From: Thiotrichaceae bacterium UBA4486
Lineage (GTDB): Bacteria > Pseudomonadota > Gammaproteobacteria > Eutrophobiales > Eutrophobiaceae
DNA: 64,000 nucleotides
Direction of reading: 5' to 3'
Assembly (NCBI GenBank): GCA_002389045.1
Contig: DGNS01000015.1
Coordinates: forward strand, 376,894-440,893
In this document: in pieces, positions 28,594 through 39,433 of the stretch
How positions within the stretch are numbered: position 1 is the first letter of the stretch
Layout of the letters: each line of letters begins with the position of its first letter
The notes under the pieces: generated by a model
Seen by the model: the letters and a program-made list of their open reading frames with translations, nothing else
The model's database searches: none
What the model was told of the DNA's origin: nothing
Position numbers and translations under genes: made by a program

Positions 28594-30612
28594 ATGTGTT
28601 CGCTACTTGTGAAAATCAATATCAGCCATTTCCATTCCCTGAAACAGATGCTGGTGCTGTTCGTATTTTTCATAATCGTGTTGCCGGTATCCGCAACGCA
28701 GGCTCAAACACTGGATGAACAGCGTAAACTTTATAACCGGGCGATGGAGAGTTTACGCAGTGGTGACATCATGCGCTTCCGGGAGATCTTGCCGCAACTG
28801 GGTGACTATCCGCTGACGCCCTATCTTCACCACGCCTGGCTCAAACCCCGTCTGGGCCAGGTGCGTATTGAAGAGGTGCAATGGTTTTTTGAGAATTTTG
28901 ACGATCTGCCCGATGCGGACAGCTTGCGTACACGATGGTTGTTGCACCTGGCCAGGAAAGGCCTGTGGCAGGAGTTCCAGGATTTTTATACGCCACAGCG
29001 TGACGAACGCCTGCAATGCCTGCACCTGCAGGCCAGAATCAATACAGGTAACCGCATCTACCTGCTGGAGGATATCCGCTCACTCTGGCTGCGCGGCGAT
29101 TCCCTGCCCGATGAGTGCGATGCGCCTTTCAGCCTGCTTTATGCAAGTGAGTTTATGGATAACGATCTGGTCTGGCAACGTGTTCGCCTGGCCATGGAGA
29201 ACGGCAAAACGGGACTGGCCGCTTACCTCGGACACATGCTGGGACCGGAACTGAAGGCGCTGCAATCACAATGGGTGCAAATGCACCATAATCCCCGCAG
29301 TCTGACTTCGGCGCCATCGCTGCCGGATACGGTCCAGGGTCGTGAAATCCTGCTTTACGGGATGCAGCGCCTGGCGCGACAGGACATTGGGCTGGCCCTG
29401 AAGCGCTGGGCGGTTAGCAGAGACAATTACAGTTTTACCGGCGCGGAAGTGGCACAACTGGAACGTTATCTGGCCATCCGTGCCGCGGAGAAGGATCATC
29501 CGGATGCCATTGCACTGCTGGACAGGGTGAGCCCGGCACAGGTAGACGAGGAAGTGTTCCTGTATCGGCTCAGGTATGCCCTCAAGGGGCCGGACTGGGG
29601 ACGATTATTAATATGGACGCAAGGCTTCCCGGCCTGGCCAGAAATGGGCAATCAATGGTGGTACTGGCATGGCCGCGCTCTTAAGGAAACCGGGGATGCC
29701 GCCGCCGCCCGCAAGGCGTACCAGAGGATTGCCGGCGAGCGGGACTATTACGGTTTCATGGCGGCTGACCGCCTGGGCATACCGTATCGAATGAATCATC
29801 ATCCCTTGCCCGAGAACCTGAAAGACAAACAGGTAGTGCTGGAGACGCCGGCCATTCGCCGGGCGCACGAATTCTACAAGCTCGGCAAATATTTTCCCGC
29901 CCGCCGCGAATGGCACCACGCCCTGAACCGCATGACCGTGGTGCAGATGCAGATGGCGGCCTCCATCGCCAGGGAATGGGGCTGGTATGATCGTGCCATT
30001 TTTACGCTCGGCCGGGCGAAAATGTATGATGATCTGGTACTGAGATTCCCGGTGCTGTATGACGATCTGCTCAGGGAATATTCGCGCCGGCGCGACCTGG
30101 ATCTGGGCTGGGTCTATGGCCTGGTGCGCGCCGAAAGCGCGTTTGTGGAAGACGCACGATCTCCGGCAGGCGCCCTCGGCCTGATGCAGGTTATGCCGGC
30201 GACCGGCAGGGAAACGGCACGCGCCATCGGCCTGAAACATTTCAGTACAAAAAAACTGCTGCAGGCAAAGGTGAATGTTCCCATCGGCAGTGCCTACCTG
30301 AAACAGATGCTGGATCGTTTTGCCGGCAACCGGGTGCTGGCCACGGCCGCTTATAATGCCGGTCCGCACCGTGTGCGCCAGTGGTTGCCGGGCCACTGTC
30401 AGGCTGCCGATGTCTGGGTGGAAATGATTCCTTTTCGTGAAACCCGCAAATATGTCAAGCGGGTACTGTCCTACGCCACGATTTATGACTGGCGACTCGA
30501 GGTGGAACCGTTGCAGGTCAGCCAGCGTATGGCACCGGTAACACCGACCGGGCAACAGGGTAGCGTGGCCGATCTGAGCACCTGTCCGGCATACAGGGTT
30601 TCATTCAACTGA
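28594..30612 (+). CDS. slt: Soluble lytic murein transglycosylase (Slt70 family).
   Basis: Superhelical N-terminal domain. C-terminal lysozyme-like core ...VRAESAFVEDARSPAGALGLMQVMPATG...AYNAGP. Signal peptide present. The alternative start at 28648 is less likely. Confidence 0.85.
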   Translation: MCSLLVKINISHFHSLKQMLVLFVFFIIVLPVSATQAQTLDEQRKLYNRAMESLRSGDIMRFREILPQLGDYPLTPYLHHAWLKPRLGQVRIEEVQWFFENFDDLPDADSLRTRWLLHLARKGLWQEFQDFYTPQRDERLQCLHLQARINTGNRIYLLEDIRSLWLRGDSLPDECDAPFSLLYASEFMDNDLVWQRVRLAMENGKTGLAAYLGHMLGPELKALQSQWVQMHHNPRSLTSAPSLPDTVQGREILLYGMQRLARQDIGLALKRWAVSRDNYSFTGAEVAQLERYLAIRAAEKDHPDAIALLDRVSPAQVDEEVFLYRLRYALKGPDWGRLLIWTQGFPAWPEMGNQWWYWHGRALKETGDAAAARKAYQRIAGERDYYGFMAADRLGIPYRMNHHPLPENLKDKQVVLETPAIRRAHEFYKLGKYFPARREWHHALNRMTVVQMQMAASIAREWGWYDRAIFTLGRAKMYDDLVLRFPVLYDDLLREYSRRRDLDLGWVYGLVRAESAFVEDARSPAGALGLMQVMPATGRETARAIGLKHFSTKKLLQAKVNVPIGSAYLKQMLDRFAGNRVLATAAYNAGPHRVRQWLPGHCQAADVWVEMIPFRETRKYVKRVLSYATIYDWRLEVEPLQVSQRMAPVTPTGQQGSVADLSTCPAYRVSFN

Positions 30613-30654
30613 ATATGAATTAGCCTACACTTCTGATTATCAACCGGGAAAAAC

Positions 30655-31611
30655 ATGATCATCAAACAGGTTTGCATTCTTGGCGGTAGTGGTTTCGTGG
30701 GTCAGGTTCTGTCGAACCGGCTCGCGCGTGACGGTGTGCGCATGATTATACCGACACGGCGCCGGGAACCGCGCCGTGATAACCTCATCCTGCTTCCCGA
30801 TACCGATCTCGTCGAGGCCGACATACAAGATACCGGGCAACTCACGCGCCTGTTCGAGGGTTGTGACGCCGTTATTAACCTGGTTGGCATCCTCAACGAG
30901 AAAGGACGGCGCGGCGAGGGTTTCCGATATGCCCATGTGACCCTCGCCGAAAAAATCATTGATGCCTGCCAGGCTGCGGGTGTCGGGCGCCTGCTGCAAA
31001 TGAGCGCGCTCAATGCCGATGCCGATAATGGCAGCAGTTATTACCTGAAAACCAAGGGTGAGGCCGAGGACCTTTTGCATTCAACCGGGACATTGAAAGT
31101 CACCAGCTTCCGGCCTTCGGTGATTTTCGGCCCCGGCGACAGTTTTTTTAACCGTTTTGCGGGATTGTTGAAAATCGCCCCGTTTTTTTTCCCGCTGGCC
31201 TGTCCGAAGGCCCGCTTCGCGCCGGTTTATGTGGGCGATGTGGCCGAGGTAATGGCCAGGACCCTGGGCGACCCCGGAAGCGTTGGCCGGCGTTTCGAGC
31301 TCTGCGGTCCGCGTGAATACACGTTACAGGAGCTTGTGCAATACACGGCGCATTGTCTGGGCATCAGGCGTTGCATCGTCCCGCTCAACGATCTGCTGTC
31401 GCGCATGCAGGCCGCGGTGTTTGATTTCGTCCCCGGCAAACCGTTTTCCACTGATAATTACCTGTCCACCAAAATGCCCAGTGTCTGTAACTCGTGTGAC
31501 TGGAGTGAATTTGCCATACAACCGACGGCCGTGGAGAGTCTGGTCCCCGGCTACCTGGCCGGGCACAACTGGCGTTCGCGTTATGATGATTATCGCAGAC
31601 ATCTCGAGTAG
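30655..31611 (+). CDS. NAD(P)H-binding epimerase/dehydratase-family protein (complex I NDUFA9-like).
   Basis: N-terminal ILGGSGFVGQVL Rossmann motif. 318 aa, atypical SDR. Confidence 0.75.
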   Translation: MIIKQVCILGGSGFVGQVLSNRLARDGVRMIIPTRRREPRRDNLILLPDTDLVEADIQDTGQLTRLFEGCDAVINLVGILNEKGRRGEGFRYAHVTLAEKIIDACQAAGVGRLLQMSALNADADNGSSYYLKTKGEAEDLLHSTGTLKVTSFRPSVIFGPGDSFFNRFAGLLKIAPFFFPLACPKARFAPVYVGDVAEVMARTLGDPGSVGRRFELCGPREYTLQELVQYTAHCLGIRRCIVPLNDLLSRMQAAVFDFVPGKPFSTDNYLSTKMPSVCNSCDWSEFAIQPTAVESLVPGYLAGHNWRSRYDDYRRHLE

Positions 31612-31651
31612 TGTGTTGCACTTGCCTCCCGGCTGTGCCAGCGTGTAACGC

Positions 31652-32869
31652 ATGAAAATCTATAAAGTGGGAGGCGCCGTTCGCGATCAGATGCTGGGCC
31701 TGCCGGTTAAGGATACGGACTGGGTCGTGGTCGGCAGCACACCCGAAGAAATGGCAGCGCTCGGCTTCAAACCCGTGGGCCGCAATTTCCCGGTCTTCCT
31801 GCACCCCGAAACGCACGAGGAATACGCACTGGCGCGCACCGAACGCAAGACCGGGATGGGCTACAAGGGTTTTGAATTTTTCACCTCTCCGGCGACCTCA
31901 CTGGAAGACGATCTGAAACGCCGGGATCTGACCATCAACGCCATGGCCATGGATGCAGACGGCCGTCTGATTGATCCCTTCAACGGCGAAGCCGATCTCC
32001 GCCAGGGCCTGTTGCGTCATGTATCCCCGGCCTTCGCCGAAGATCCGTTACGGGTGCTCAGGGTGGCGCGCTTTGCCTCGCGATTCGGTTTCAAGGTGGC
32101 TCCCGGGACGATGGATCTGATGAAGCAGCTGTGCACGAGGGAAGAATTATTGAGCCTGACGCCGGAACGTGTCTGGACGGAAATTGAAAAAGCCCTGCAG
32201 GGAAAATACCCGGGACGTTTTGTACTGGTCATGCGGGCGTGCGGAGCCCTGGCCATCCTGTTCCCGGAGATCAATTGCCTGTTTGGTATTCCACAACCGA
32301 AGGAATATCACCCCGAGATCGACACCGGTCTGCATACGCTCATGGTGCTGAACCAGGCCGCCAGGCTCAGCGATGACCCCGAAGTTCGCTTCGCGGCCCT
32401 GGTTCATGACCTGGGCAAGGGTGAAACACCGCCCGCGCAGTGGCCCTCGCACCGCGGCCACGAGGAACGCGGTGTACGGCTGGTGGAAGCGCTGTGTAAT
32501 CGATACTCGGTGCCTAACGCCTTCCGCGATCTGGCGGTCATGGTCTGCCGGCATCATCTCGATTGTCATCGAGTGAATGAAATGAAACCGGAAACCATTG
32601 TTAAAAAGCTGGAACAAATGGACGTATTCAGGCGGCCGGAACGCTTTGAAAAATTTTTGCTCGCTTGCGAAGCCGATGCCCGCGGGCGTAGCGGTTTTGA
32701 ATTTCGCGACTATCCACAGGCCGGGCTATTGCGTGAAGCGCGACGGGTGGCGGCGGATCTGGATACCCGGACGCTGGCTGCGCAGGGCTTGAAAGGACAG
32801 GCCATGGCCCGGGAAATCCGCAAGCATCGTATCGAGAATGTCTCCAAAGTTTTTAAACCCGGCCAGTGA
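31652..32869 (+). CDS. cca: Multifunctional CCA-adding tRNA nucleotidyltransferase with an HD domain.
   Basis: MKIYKVGGAVRDQMLGLPVKDTDWVV... head domain plus the HD motif HDLGK. Confidence 0.9.
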   Translation: MKIYKVGGAVRDQMLGLPVKDTDWVVVGSTPEEMAALGFKPVGRNFPVFLHPETHEEYALARTERKTGMGYKGFEFFTSPATSLEDDLKRRDLTINAMAMDADGRLIDPFNGEADLRQGLLRHVSPAFAEDPLRVLRVARFASRFGFKVAPGTMDLMKQLCTREELLSLTPERVWTEIEKALQGKYPGRFVLVMRACGALAILFPEINCLFGIPQPKEYHPEIDTGLHTLMVLNQAARLSDDPEVRFAALVHDLGKGETPPAQWPSHRGHEERGVRLVEALCNRYSVPNAFRDLAVMVCRHHLDCHRVNEMKPETIVKKLEQMDVFRRPERFEKFLLACEADARGRSGFEFRDYPQAGLLREARRVAADLDTRTLAAQGLKGQAMAREIRKHRIENVSKVFKPGQ

Positions 32870-33082
32870 CCCTGACCCTGTGCCAGTGTCGGTCGAAAAA
32901 ATTCATACCGATGAATCATTTATGACTAATGCTGCATAATTACTTTAACTTTATCATTTAACTTAATGATAAAAATCAGGATCCAAATAACATTCCTGTA
33001 AAACCGTGGCCGATTCTTCATTTATCTACCATAAGTAATTGTTAATTAAGGCAGATTTCCTCGAAAAAAATACAAACATTGC

Positions 33083-33112
33083 TTGACACACGGTTGACCT
33101 AATACCTATAGT
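33083..33112 (+). promoter_or_regulatory. Pmra-like sigma70 promoter of the dcw cluster.
   Basis: TTGACA (33083-33088), an 18-nt spacer, then TATAGT (33107-33112). Confidence 0.5.
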
Positions 33113-33118
33113 TCGCTA

Positions 33119-33146
33119 GTGGGGAATTGTGGGTAAATGTGGGTAA
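33119..33146 (+). promoter_or_regulatory. MraZ operator (direct GTGGG repeats).
   Basis: GTGGGgaattGTGGGtaaatGTGGGtaa. Three GTGGG boxes with 10-bp periodicity immediately downstream of the -10 element, as at E. coli Pmra. Confidence 0.55.
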
Positions 33147-33170
33147 TCAGACCTTTCAAGGGGAGCCGAT

Positions 33171-33629
33171 TTGTTTCGAGGATTTACCACCTTAAGTGTC
33201 GACAGCAAGGGGCGGATGGCCATTCCGAGCCGTTATCGCGAGCGCCTGATGGAACTGGCCGATGGCGCCCTGGTATTGACTCTGAATCCCCTGGACCACT
33301 CCCTGTGGCTGTACCCGTTAACCGAGTGGGAACTCATCGAGGCCAAGCTGGCCGCACTTTCCGATTTTGACCGTCAGAGCCGTCGCGCCAAGCAGATGAT
33401 GCGCGGCTACGCCTGCGATTGCCAACTGGACAGCCAGGGTCGCATCCTGCTGCCGGTGGAATTACGGGATTACGCCAGCATCGGCAAACAGGTGGTCATA
33501 CTGGGGCAGGGCAACAAGTTCGAACTCTGGGATGAGACCTGCTGGAAACAGCAACGCGATGAATGGTTGCAGGAAGTCGGCAATGACAACGGCCAGCCCT
33601 CCGACACGCTCAAGACCTTATCACTGTGA
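33171..33629 (+). CDS. mraZ: Transcriptional regulator MraZ.
   Basis: (M)FRGFTTLSVDSKGRMAIPSRYRERL... The first in-frame start is TTG at 33171, 6 nt after the strong Shine-Dalgarno AAGGGGAG. Confidence 0.9.
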   Translation: MFRGFTTLSVDSKGRMAIPSRYRERLMELADGALVLTLNPLDHSLWLYPLTEWELIEAKLAALSDFDRQSRRAKQMMRGYACDCQLDSQGRILLPVELRDYASIGKQVVILGQGNKFELWDETCWKQQRDEWLQEVGNDNGQPSDTLKTLSL

Positions 33630-33647
33630 CGGCGGTAACCATGTTGC

Positions 33648-34592
33648 ATGAACAATCATGATGCATACGGGCACCAACCGGTTTTACTCGAGCCGGCCAT
33701 TGCGGGTCTGGCCATCAAAGCCGATGGTTTCTACGTCGACTGTACCTTCGGGCGCGGCGGCTACAGTGCCGCCATCCTGGCCCGGCTGGGCGACGGCGGC
33801 CGATTACTGGCCTTCGATCTTGACCCGGAGGCCGTGAAAGTGGCCGGGCAGCGTTTTCAATCGGAACCGCGCTTCTCGATCATCCACTCCTCGTATACTC
33901 GACTGCAACAGGAACTGGAAGACCGTGATCGGCTGGGCCGCGTGGATGGCCTGGTGCTGGATCTGGGCGTGTCTTCGCCGCAACTGGATGATCCGCGGCG
34001 CGGTTTCAGCTTTCAGAAAGACGGTCCCCTGGACATGCGCATGAACAACCAGGGCGGCATCCCGGTGTCGCGCTGGCTGAAGTCGGTGAGTAAAAAGGAT
34101 CTGGCCGACGTGATTCACAGTTACGGTGAGGAGCGCTACGCCAACCGTATCGCCGCTGCGATCATCGCGGCGCGGCAGGAAGGCGAGATTGATTCCACCC
34201 TGAAGCTCGCCGACATCATCCAGAAAGCAGCGCCCACACGGGAGAAAGACAAACATCCGGCGACGCGTACCTTCCAGGCGTTGCGGATCTACATCAACCG
34301 TGAATTGCAGGATCTGAAAACCGTGCTGGACCAGGTGGTGGATGCCCTGGCCCCGGGCGGCCGCCTGGTCGTGGTCAGCTTCCATTCGTTGGAAGACCGC
34401 CTGGTCAAACGTTTCATTCGCAGCGAGGTCAGGGGCGATCCCTACCCGAGCAGTCTGCCGGTGATGCAATCTCAATTACAACCCAGACTGAAAACCATCG
34501 GTAATCCCGTGGTTGCCGATGCCGACGAGATCGCCGCCAACCCCCGTGCACGCAGCGCCACGTTACGCATCGCCGAGAGGCTGGCGGTATGA
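33648..34592 (+). CDS. rsmH: 16S rRNA (cytosine1402-N4)-methyltransferase RsmH (MraW).
   Basis: HQPVLLEPAIAGL...DCTFGRGGYS...DLGVSSPQLD. Confidence 0.92.
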   Translation: MNNHDAYGHQPVLLEPAIAGLAIKADGFYVDCTFGRGGYSAAILARLGDGGRLLAFDLDPEAVKVAGQRFQSEPRFSIIHSSYTRLQQELEDRDRLGRVDGLVLDLGVSSPQLDDPRRGFSFQKDGPLDMRMNNQGGIPVSRWLKSVSKKDLADVIHSYGEERYANRIAAAIIAARQEGEIDSTLKLADIIQKAAPTREKDKHPATRTFQALRIYINRELQDLKTVLDQVVDALAPGGRLVVVSFHSLEDRLVKRFIRSEVRGDPYPSSLPVMQSQLQPRLKTIGNPVVADADEIAANPRARSATLRIAERLAV

Positions 34593-34852
34593 AAACCCTG
34601 CTGTTTCTCGCACTCACTGTCGGTGTTTTTGTCTCGGCCATGCAGGTGGTTATCGCCAGGCATGATGCCCGTACCCTGTTTGTCGAAATCCAGAAGCTGG
34701 AAAAAATCCGCGATGAGTTAAACGAGGAATGGGGCCGGCTGCAACTGGAGCAGAGCACCTGGGCCACCGATGTGCGCGTGGAAAACCTGGCCAGGTCAGA
34801 ACTCGGCATGAAAATGCCGGAACGCGATACGCTGGTGCTGTTAAAACCATGA
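34589..34852 (+). CDS. ftsL: Cell division protein FtsL.
   Basis: 87-aa bitopic protein with a transmembrane segment and a coiled coil. ATGA overlap with rsmH. Conserved position in the dcw cluster. Confidence 0.8.
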   Translation: MKTLLFLALTVGVFVSAMQVVIARHDARTLFVEIQKLEKIRDELNEEWGRLQLEQSTWATDVRVENLARSELGMKMPERDTLVLLKP

Positions 34853-36570
34853 TTATCCGGGAATCAGAACAGGTTTATCACGGTCGCCGCTGGCTGGTAT
34901 TTTCGCTGCTGGGCGGATGCATGGCCGTGTTGCTCTGGCGTGCTGTGGATTTGCAAATCGTACACCAGGATTTTCTGCGCGATCATGGCGATGCCCGCTC
35001 CGTGCGGGTTGTCAGTATACCGGCTCACCGCGGCATGATAACGGATCGTAACGGGGAACCGCTGGCCATCAGTACGCCGGTGCAGTCGATCTGGACCATG
35101 CCACGCCGCTTGCTGGACAGCGACCAGGATCTGGCGCCGCTGGCCGGACTGCTGGGTATGGAGGAAAAGCAACTGCTTACCCTGTTAGGTGAGCGCAGCG
35201 GTCGTGAATTCGTTTACCTGAAGCGCCATACCGAACCGGACCTGGAGCAGAAAATCATGGCGCTGAACCTGCCCGGTGTGTACCGGCAGCAGGAATACCG
35301 GCGTTACTACCCGGCTGCCGAGGTCGCCGGTCACGTGGTCGGCTTTACCAATGTCGACGATGAGGGTCAGGAAGGTCTGGAGCTGGCTTATGATGACTGG
35401 CTGAAGGGCACTCCCGGCGCCAAGCGTGTGCTCAAGGATCGCCTCGGCCGCGTGGTGGAAAATATCGAAAGTATCGAGGCGTCCGATCCCGGCCGCAATC
35501 TGCAACTGAGTATTGATCTGCGCATCCAGTACCTGGCCTATCGTGAACTGAAGCTGGCCGTCGCCCAGCACCGGGCCCGGTCCGGTTCGCTGGTGTTGAT
35601 GGATGCCCGTAACGGCGAGGTGCTGGCCATGGTCAGTCAACCCTCGTACAACCCCAACAACCGCAGTGTTATGGAAAGCGATCATGTCCGCAACCGCAGT
35701 ATTACCGATGTATTTGAACCGGGCTCGACCATGAAACCTTTCACCATCGCCGCGGCGCTGGAGTCCGGGTTGTATCGCCCGGATACGTTCATTGATACCA
35801 GTCCTGGTTTTTACAGGGTCGGGGAACACACCATTCGTGATCTGCGTAATTACGGTTCCATTGATGTGGCCGCGGTGATCAGGCATTCGAGTAACGTCGG
35901 CGCCAGCAAGATCGCCATGTCACTGGAACCGGCGCAGCTATGGAATTTCCTCACCGGTGTCGGCTTTGGCCAGCCCACCGGCAGCGGTTTTCCCGGCGAG
36001 TCGAACGGCAAGCTCAATGGCTATAACAGCTGGTCGGACGTGGAACTGGCCACGCTGTCCTTCGGTTACGGGCTCTCCGTAACCGCCCTGCAACTGGCGC
36101 AGGCCTACTCGGTGCTGGCCGCCGATGGCGAACTGCGCCCGGTAACCGTACTCAAGACAAGACAGGAGCCGGCCGGCGTGCGGTCCATGTCCGCGCAAAC
36201 AGCCGGCCATGTGCAGAGGATGATGCAGGCTGTGGTGACCAACGGTACCGGTAAACTGGCAGCCATCAATGGCTACAAGGTGGCCGGTAAAACCGGCACG
36301 GTGCATAAATCCACCCGCGGCGGTTACGCCGAACACCGCTACCTGTCGTTGTTTGCCGGCATGGTGCCGCTGTCCGACCCGCGCCTGGTCATGGTGGTGA
36401 TGGTTGATGAACCTTCGGGCGATCAATATTTCGGCGGCCAGGTGGCTGCGCCGGTATTCTCCAGAGTGATGTCCGGGGCTTTGCGCCTGATGAATATCCC
36501 CCCCGATGATCTGCCCTCATTGCCCGGGCAGGTGATTGCGGGCCATGGTGAATCCGGGACGGTGCATTGA
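34849..36570 (+). CDS. ftsI: Peptidoglycan D,D-transpeptidase FtsI (PBP3).
   Basis: N-terminal transmembrane segment. Transpeptidase motifs STMKP, SSN and KTGT. Its start overlaps the ftsL stop by 4 nt. Confidence 0.92.
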   Translation: MIIRESEQVYHGRRWLVFSLLGGCMAVLLWRAVDLQIVHQDFLRDHGDARSVRVVSIPAHRGMITDRNGEPLAISTPVQSIWTMPRRLLDSDQDLAPLAGLLGMEEKQLLTLLGERSGREFVYLKRHTEPDLEQKIMALNLPGVYRQQEYRRYYPAAEVAGHVVGFTNVDDEGQEGLELAYDDWLKGTPGAKRVLKDRLGRVVENIESIEASDPGRNLQLSIDLRIQYLAYRELKLAVAQHRARSGSLVLMDARNGEVLAMVSQPSYNPNNRSVMESDHVRNRSITDVFEPGSTMKPFTIAAALESGLYRPDTFIDTSPGFYRVGEHTIRDLRNYGSIDVAAVIRHSSNVGASKIAMSLEPAQLWNFLTGVGFGQPTGSGFPGESNGKLNGYNSWSDVELATLSFGYGLSVTALQLAQAYSVLAADGELRPVTVLKTRQEPAGVRSMSAQTAGHVQRMMQAVVTNGTGKLAAINGYKVAGKTGTVHKSTRGGYAEHRYLSLFAGMVPLSDPRLVMVVMVDEPSGDQYFGGQVAAPVFSRVMSGALRLMNIPPDDLPSLPGQVIAGHGESGTVH

Positions 36571-38072
36571 TGATGCCCGCCGCACGCCTTGAACAGGGGA
36601 TACGCCTCGCCGAACTGCTGGATGGACTGGTGGATACCGGCAACGATACCCGCGTGATCAGCGGGCTTTGCCTCGACAGTCGCAAGGTGAAGCCGGGTGA
36701 CCTGTTTTGCGCGCGCAAGGGCAGCCGGGTGAACGCGGCGGATTATATTGCCCAGGCTGTAGGATCCGGGGCCGTGGCCGTGTTGCTGGAAGACGCTACC
36801 CCGCCGGGCGACCTGCCGCGCGTCGGCGTGCCGGTCTTCAGTTGCAGGGACTTCGCTCGCATACTCGGTGAGGTGGCATCGCGTTTTTTTGGTCGGCCGT
36901 CGGAACAGGTGCCGGTCGTGGGTATTACCGGTACCAACGGCAAGACCTCCATTGCCTGGCTGCTCACCCATGCCATGACCGATAACGTCCATGCCGCCGC
37001 GATGATTGGCACGCTGGGTATTGGTTTTGCCCGTAATATCACTGAGAGTGTCAACACCACGCCCGATGCCATTACCGTGCACGGCAGTATGTCAAGATTG
37101 ATAGACCAGGGCGCGGATCGGGTGATCATGGAAGTCTCGTCCCATGCGCTGGAACAGCAACGCATTGCCGGGGTGCGATTCAACCAGACCCTGTTTACCA
37201 ACCTCAGCCGTGAACATCTCGATTACCACAGTTCCATGCACACCTACGCGCTGGCCAAGCAAAGGCTGTTCAGGGAATACATGGCGGACTACCGGATACT
37301 GAACATCGATGATGCTTTCGGGCGCGAGCTCTGGCGCAGCCTGGGCAATGATCAATCGGTGTATGCCTACACCCTGCAGGAATCCATGGGCAGCGATACG
37401 CGTATTCTCAGCGCTCGCATCGTCGACAATAACCTTAACGGGATCACGCTGGCCATTCACTCACCCTGGGGTGAAGGGGAAATTCATACGCATCTGCTGG
37501 GCGAATTCAATGCCTATAATGTACTCGCCTGCACGGCATCCCTGTGCCTGGCCGGCTATCCACTGGACGCGATCGAACAGCGCCTGGCGCAATGTCCCGC
37601 GGTTCCCGGACGCATGGAGCGTTTCGGTCGCGAGGACACGCCGCTGGTGATCGTGGACTATGCACACAGTCCCGACGCACTCGAAAATGTGCTTCGCACC
37701 CTCAAGCCGCACACCCGCGGCAAGCTGTTTTGTGTCTTCGGGTGCGGGGGAGAGCGCGACACCGGCAAGCGCGCGGAAATGGGCCGGGTCGTGGATCAAC
37801 ATGCCGATGTGATCGTGGTCACCAACGATAATCCGCGCGGCGAGGATCCCGAAGCCATATTGCGTGCAATCCTCGAAGGCATCGATCAGTGCCGGCATGT
37901 CACGGTGGAGCCGGATCGCAGTGCCGCCATCACCCTGGCCATACGCCAGGCCGGACCCGAGGATACCGTGCTGGTGGCCGGCAAGGGTCATGAAACCAGC
38001 CAGCTGATCCAGGGCGAATACCTGCCGTTCAGCGATCGCAACCTCGTTCGCACCTGCCTGGAGGCGTGGTAA
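36567..38072 (+). CDS. murE: UDP-N-acetylmuramoyl-L-alanyl-D-glutamate--2,6-diaminopimelate ligase.
   Basis: Mur ligase P-loop GITGTNGKTS, DNPR motif, 501 aa. Confidence 0.93.
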   Translation: MMMPAARLEQGIRLAELLDGLVDTGNDTRVISGLCLDSRKVKPGDLFCARKGSRVNAADYIAQAVGSGAVAVLLEDATPPGDLPRVGVPVFSCRDFARILGEVASRFFGRPSEQVPVVGITGTNGKTSIAWLLTHAMTDNVHAAAMIGTLGIGFARNITESVNTTPDAITVHGSMSRLIDQGADRVIMEVSSHALEQQRIAGVRFNQTLFTNLSREHLDYHSSMHTYALAKQRLFREYMADYRILNIDDAFGRELWRSLGNDQSVYAYTLQESMGSDTRILSARIVDNNLNGITLAIHSPWGEGEIHTHLLGEFNAYNVLACTASLCLAGYPLDAIEQRLAQCPAVPGRMERFGREDTPLVIVDYAHSPDALENVLRTLKPHTRGKLFCVFGCGGERDTGKRAEMGRVVDQHADVIVVTNDNPRGEDPEAILRAILEGIDQCRHVTVEPDRSAAITLAIRQAGPEDTVLVAGKGHETSQLIQGEYLPFSDRNLVRTCLEAW

Positions 38073-39433
38073 TGATCCACATGAACCTGCGCCAGGCTGC
38101 TCTGCACGTGGATGGTCATATGCACGGTGAGGATGTGCTGTTTAACGGTTGCAGTACCGATAGCCGCAGTTTGCAAGTCGGTGAACTGTTCATCGCCCTG
38201 ACCGGCGAGCGATTTGACGGCCATGATTTTATCGGCCAGGCGGTGGCTGCCGGCGCCAGTGCCGCCATGGTGGAGGACCTGCCAGCGGCAGACCTGCCGG
38301 TCATCGTTGTCGATGATTGTCGCCAGGCGATGAACGATCTCGCCCGCGCCTGGCGGCAACAGTTTGATATTCCGGTGGTGGCGATCACCGGCAGTAACGG
38401 CAAGACCACGGTCAAGGAAATGGTCGCCGCCATCCTCTCGCGACAGGGTGCGGTATTGAGTACACGTGGCAATCTCAACAATGACATAGGCGTGCCCCTG
38501 ACGCTGTTCGGTCTTGACCGCGAGCACCATTACGCGGTGGTGGAAATGGGCGCCAATCATCCCGGCGAGATCGAAATTCTCAGTCATACGGCAGTGCCGG
38601 ATGTGGCCGTGATCACCCAGTGTGCCCCGGCGCACCTGGAAGGCTTCGGAACGGTTGCCGGCGTTGCCGCGGCCAAGGCGGAAATCTACGGTGGCCTGCA
38701 GTCCGGTGGCACCGCCGTGATCAACCTGGACGATGACTTTGCGAAATACTGGTTAAGCAAGACCCGTCACCTGCGGCAGATCACCTTCGGTCTGAACCCG
38801 CGTGCCGCTGTCATGGCGCGGGCTGTTTCGCTGGATACGAACAGCGGCTGTCCGGCTTTTTATCTTTGTCATGAAAACGGTGAAATAAAAATTGTTCTGG
38901 CTACGCCCGGGCAGCATAACTTGCGTAACGCTCTGGCCGCCGCGGCCTGCGCCCTGGCGCTGGGTTTTGAACTTGCCGACATCAAGCAGGGACTGGAGCG
39001 TTTCACGGGTGTGTCCGGCCGTTTGCAGATGAAGGCCGGCATCGGCGACAGCCGGGTGCTCGATGATACCTACAACGCCAATCCCGGTTCCCTGCGCGCC
39101 GGTATAGAGCTGCTGACCAGTCTCGGTGGCCGGCACTGGCTGGTGCTCGGGGACATGGGGGAACTGGGGTCCGAGAGCCGCGAACTGCATTACGAAATGG
39201 GTGAATCCGCGCGCGAGGCCGGTGTCGAAAGGCTGTATGCACTGGGTCCGTTGAGCCGGGAAACCGTGGCCGGCTTCGGTGAAGGTGCGCGCCACTTCGA
39301 AGACCACGACAGTTTGATCCATTGCCTGAAGCAGGACATGCAGGCGGATGTCACCGTGCTGGTCAAAGGATCGCGGGCCATGAAGATGGAACAGGTGGTG
39401 GTGGCTATCAGCCGGGAGGAGGCGACATGCTGA
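38072..39433 (+). CDS. murF: UDP-N-acetylmuramoyl-tripeptide--D-alanyl-D-alanine ligase.
   Basis: P-loop ITGSNGKTT. The 30-aa N-terminus aligns to E. coli MurF when started at ATG 38072, which overlaps the murE stop as TAATG. The track ORF begins at GTG 38066. Confidence 0.9.
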   Translation: MIHMNLRQAALHVDGHMHGEDVLFNGCSTDSRSLQVGELFIALTGERFDGHDFIGQAVAAGASAAMVEDLPAADLPVIVVDDCRQAMNDLARAWRQQFDIPVVAITGSNGKTTVKEMVAAILSRQGAVLSTRGNLNNDIGVPLTLFGLDREHHYAVVEMGANHPGEIEILSHTAVPDVAVITQCAPAHLEGFGTVAGVAAAKAEIYGGLQSGGTAVINLDDDFAKYWLSKTRHLRQITFGLNPRAAVMARAVSLDTNSGCPAFYLCHENGEIKIVLATPGQHNLRNALAAAACALALGFELADIKQGLERFTGVSGRLQMKAGIGDSRVLDDTYNANPGSLRAGIELLTSLGGRHWLVLGDMGELGSESRELHYEMGESAREAGVERLYALGPLSRETVAGFGEGARHFEDHDSLIHCLKQDMQADVTVLVKGSRAMKMEQVVVAISREEATC

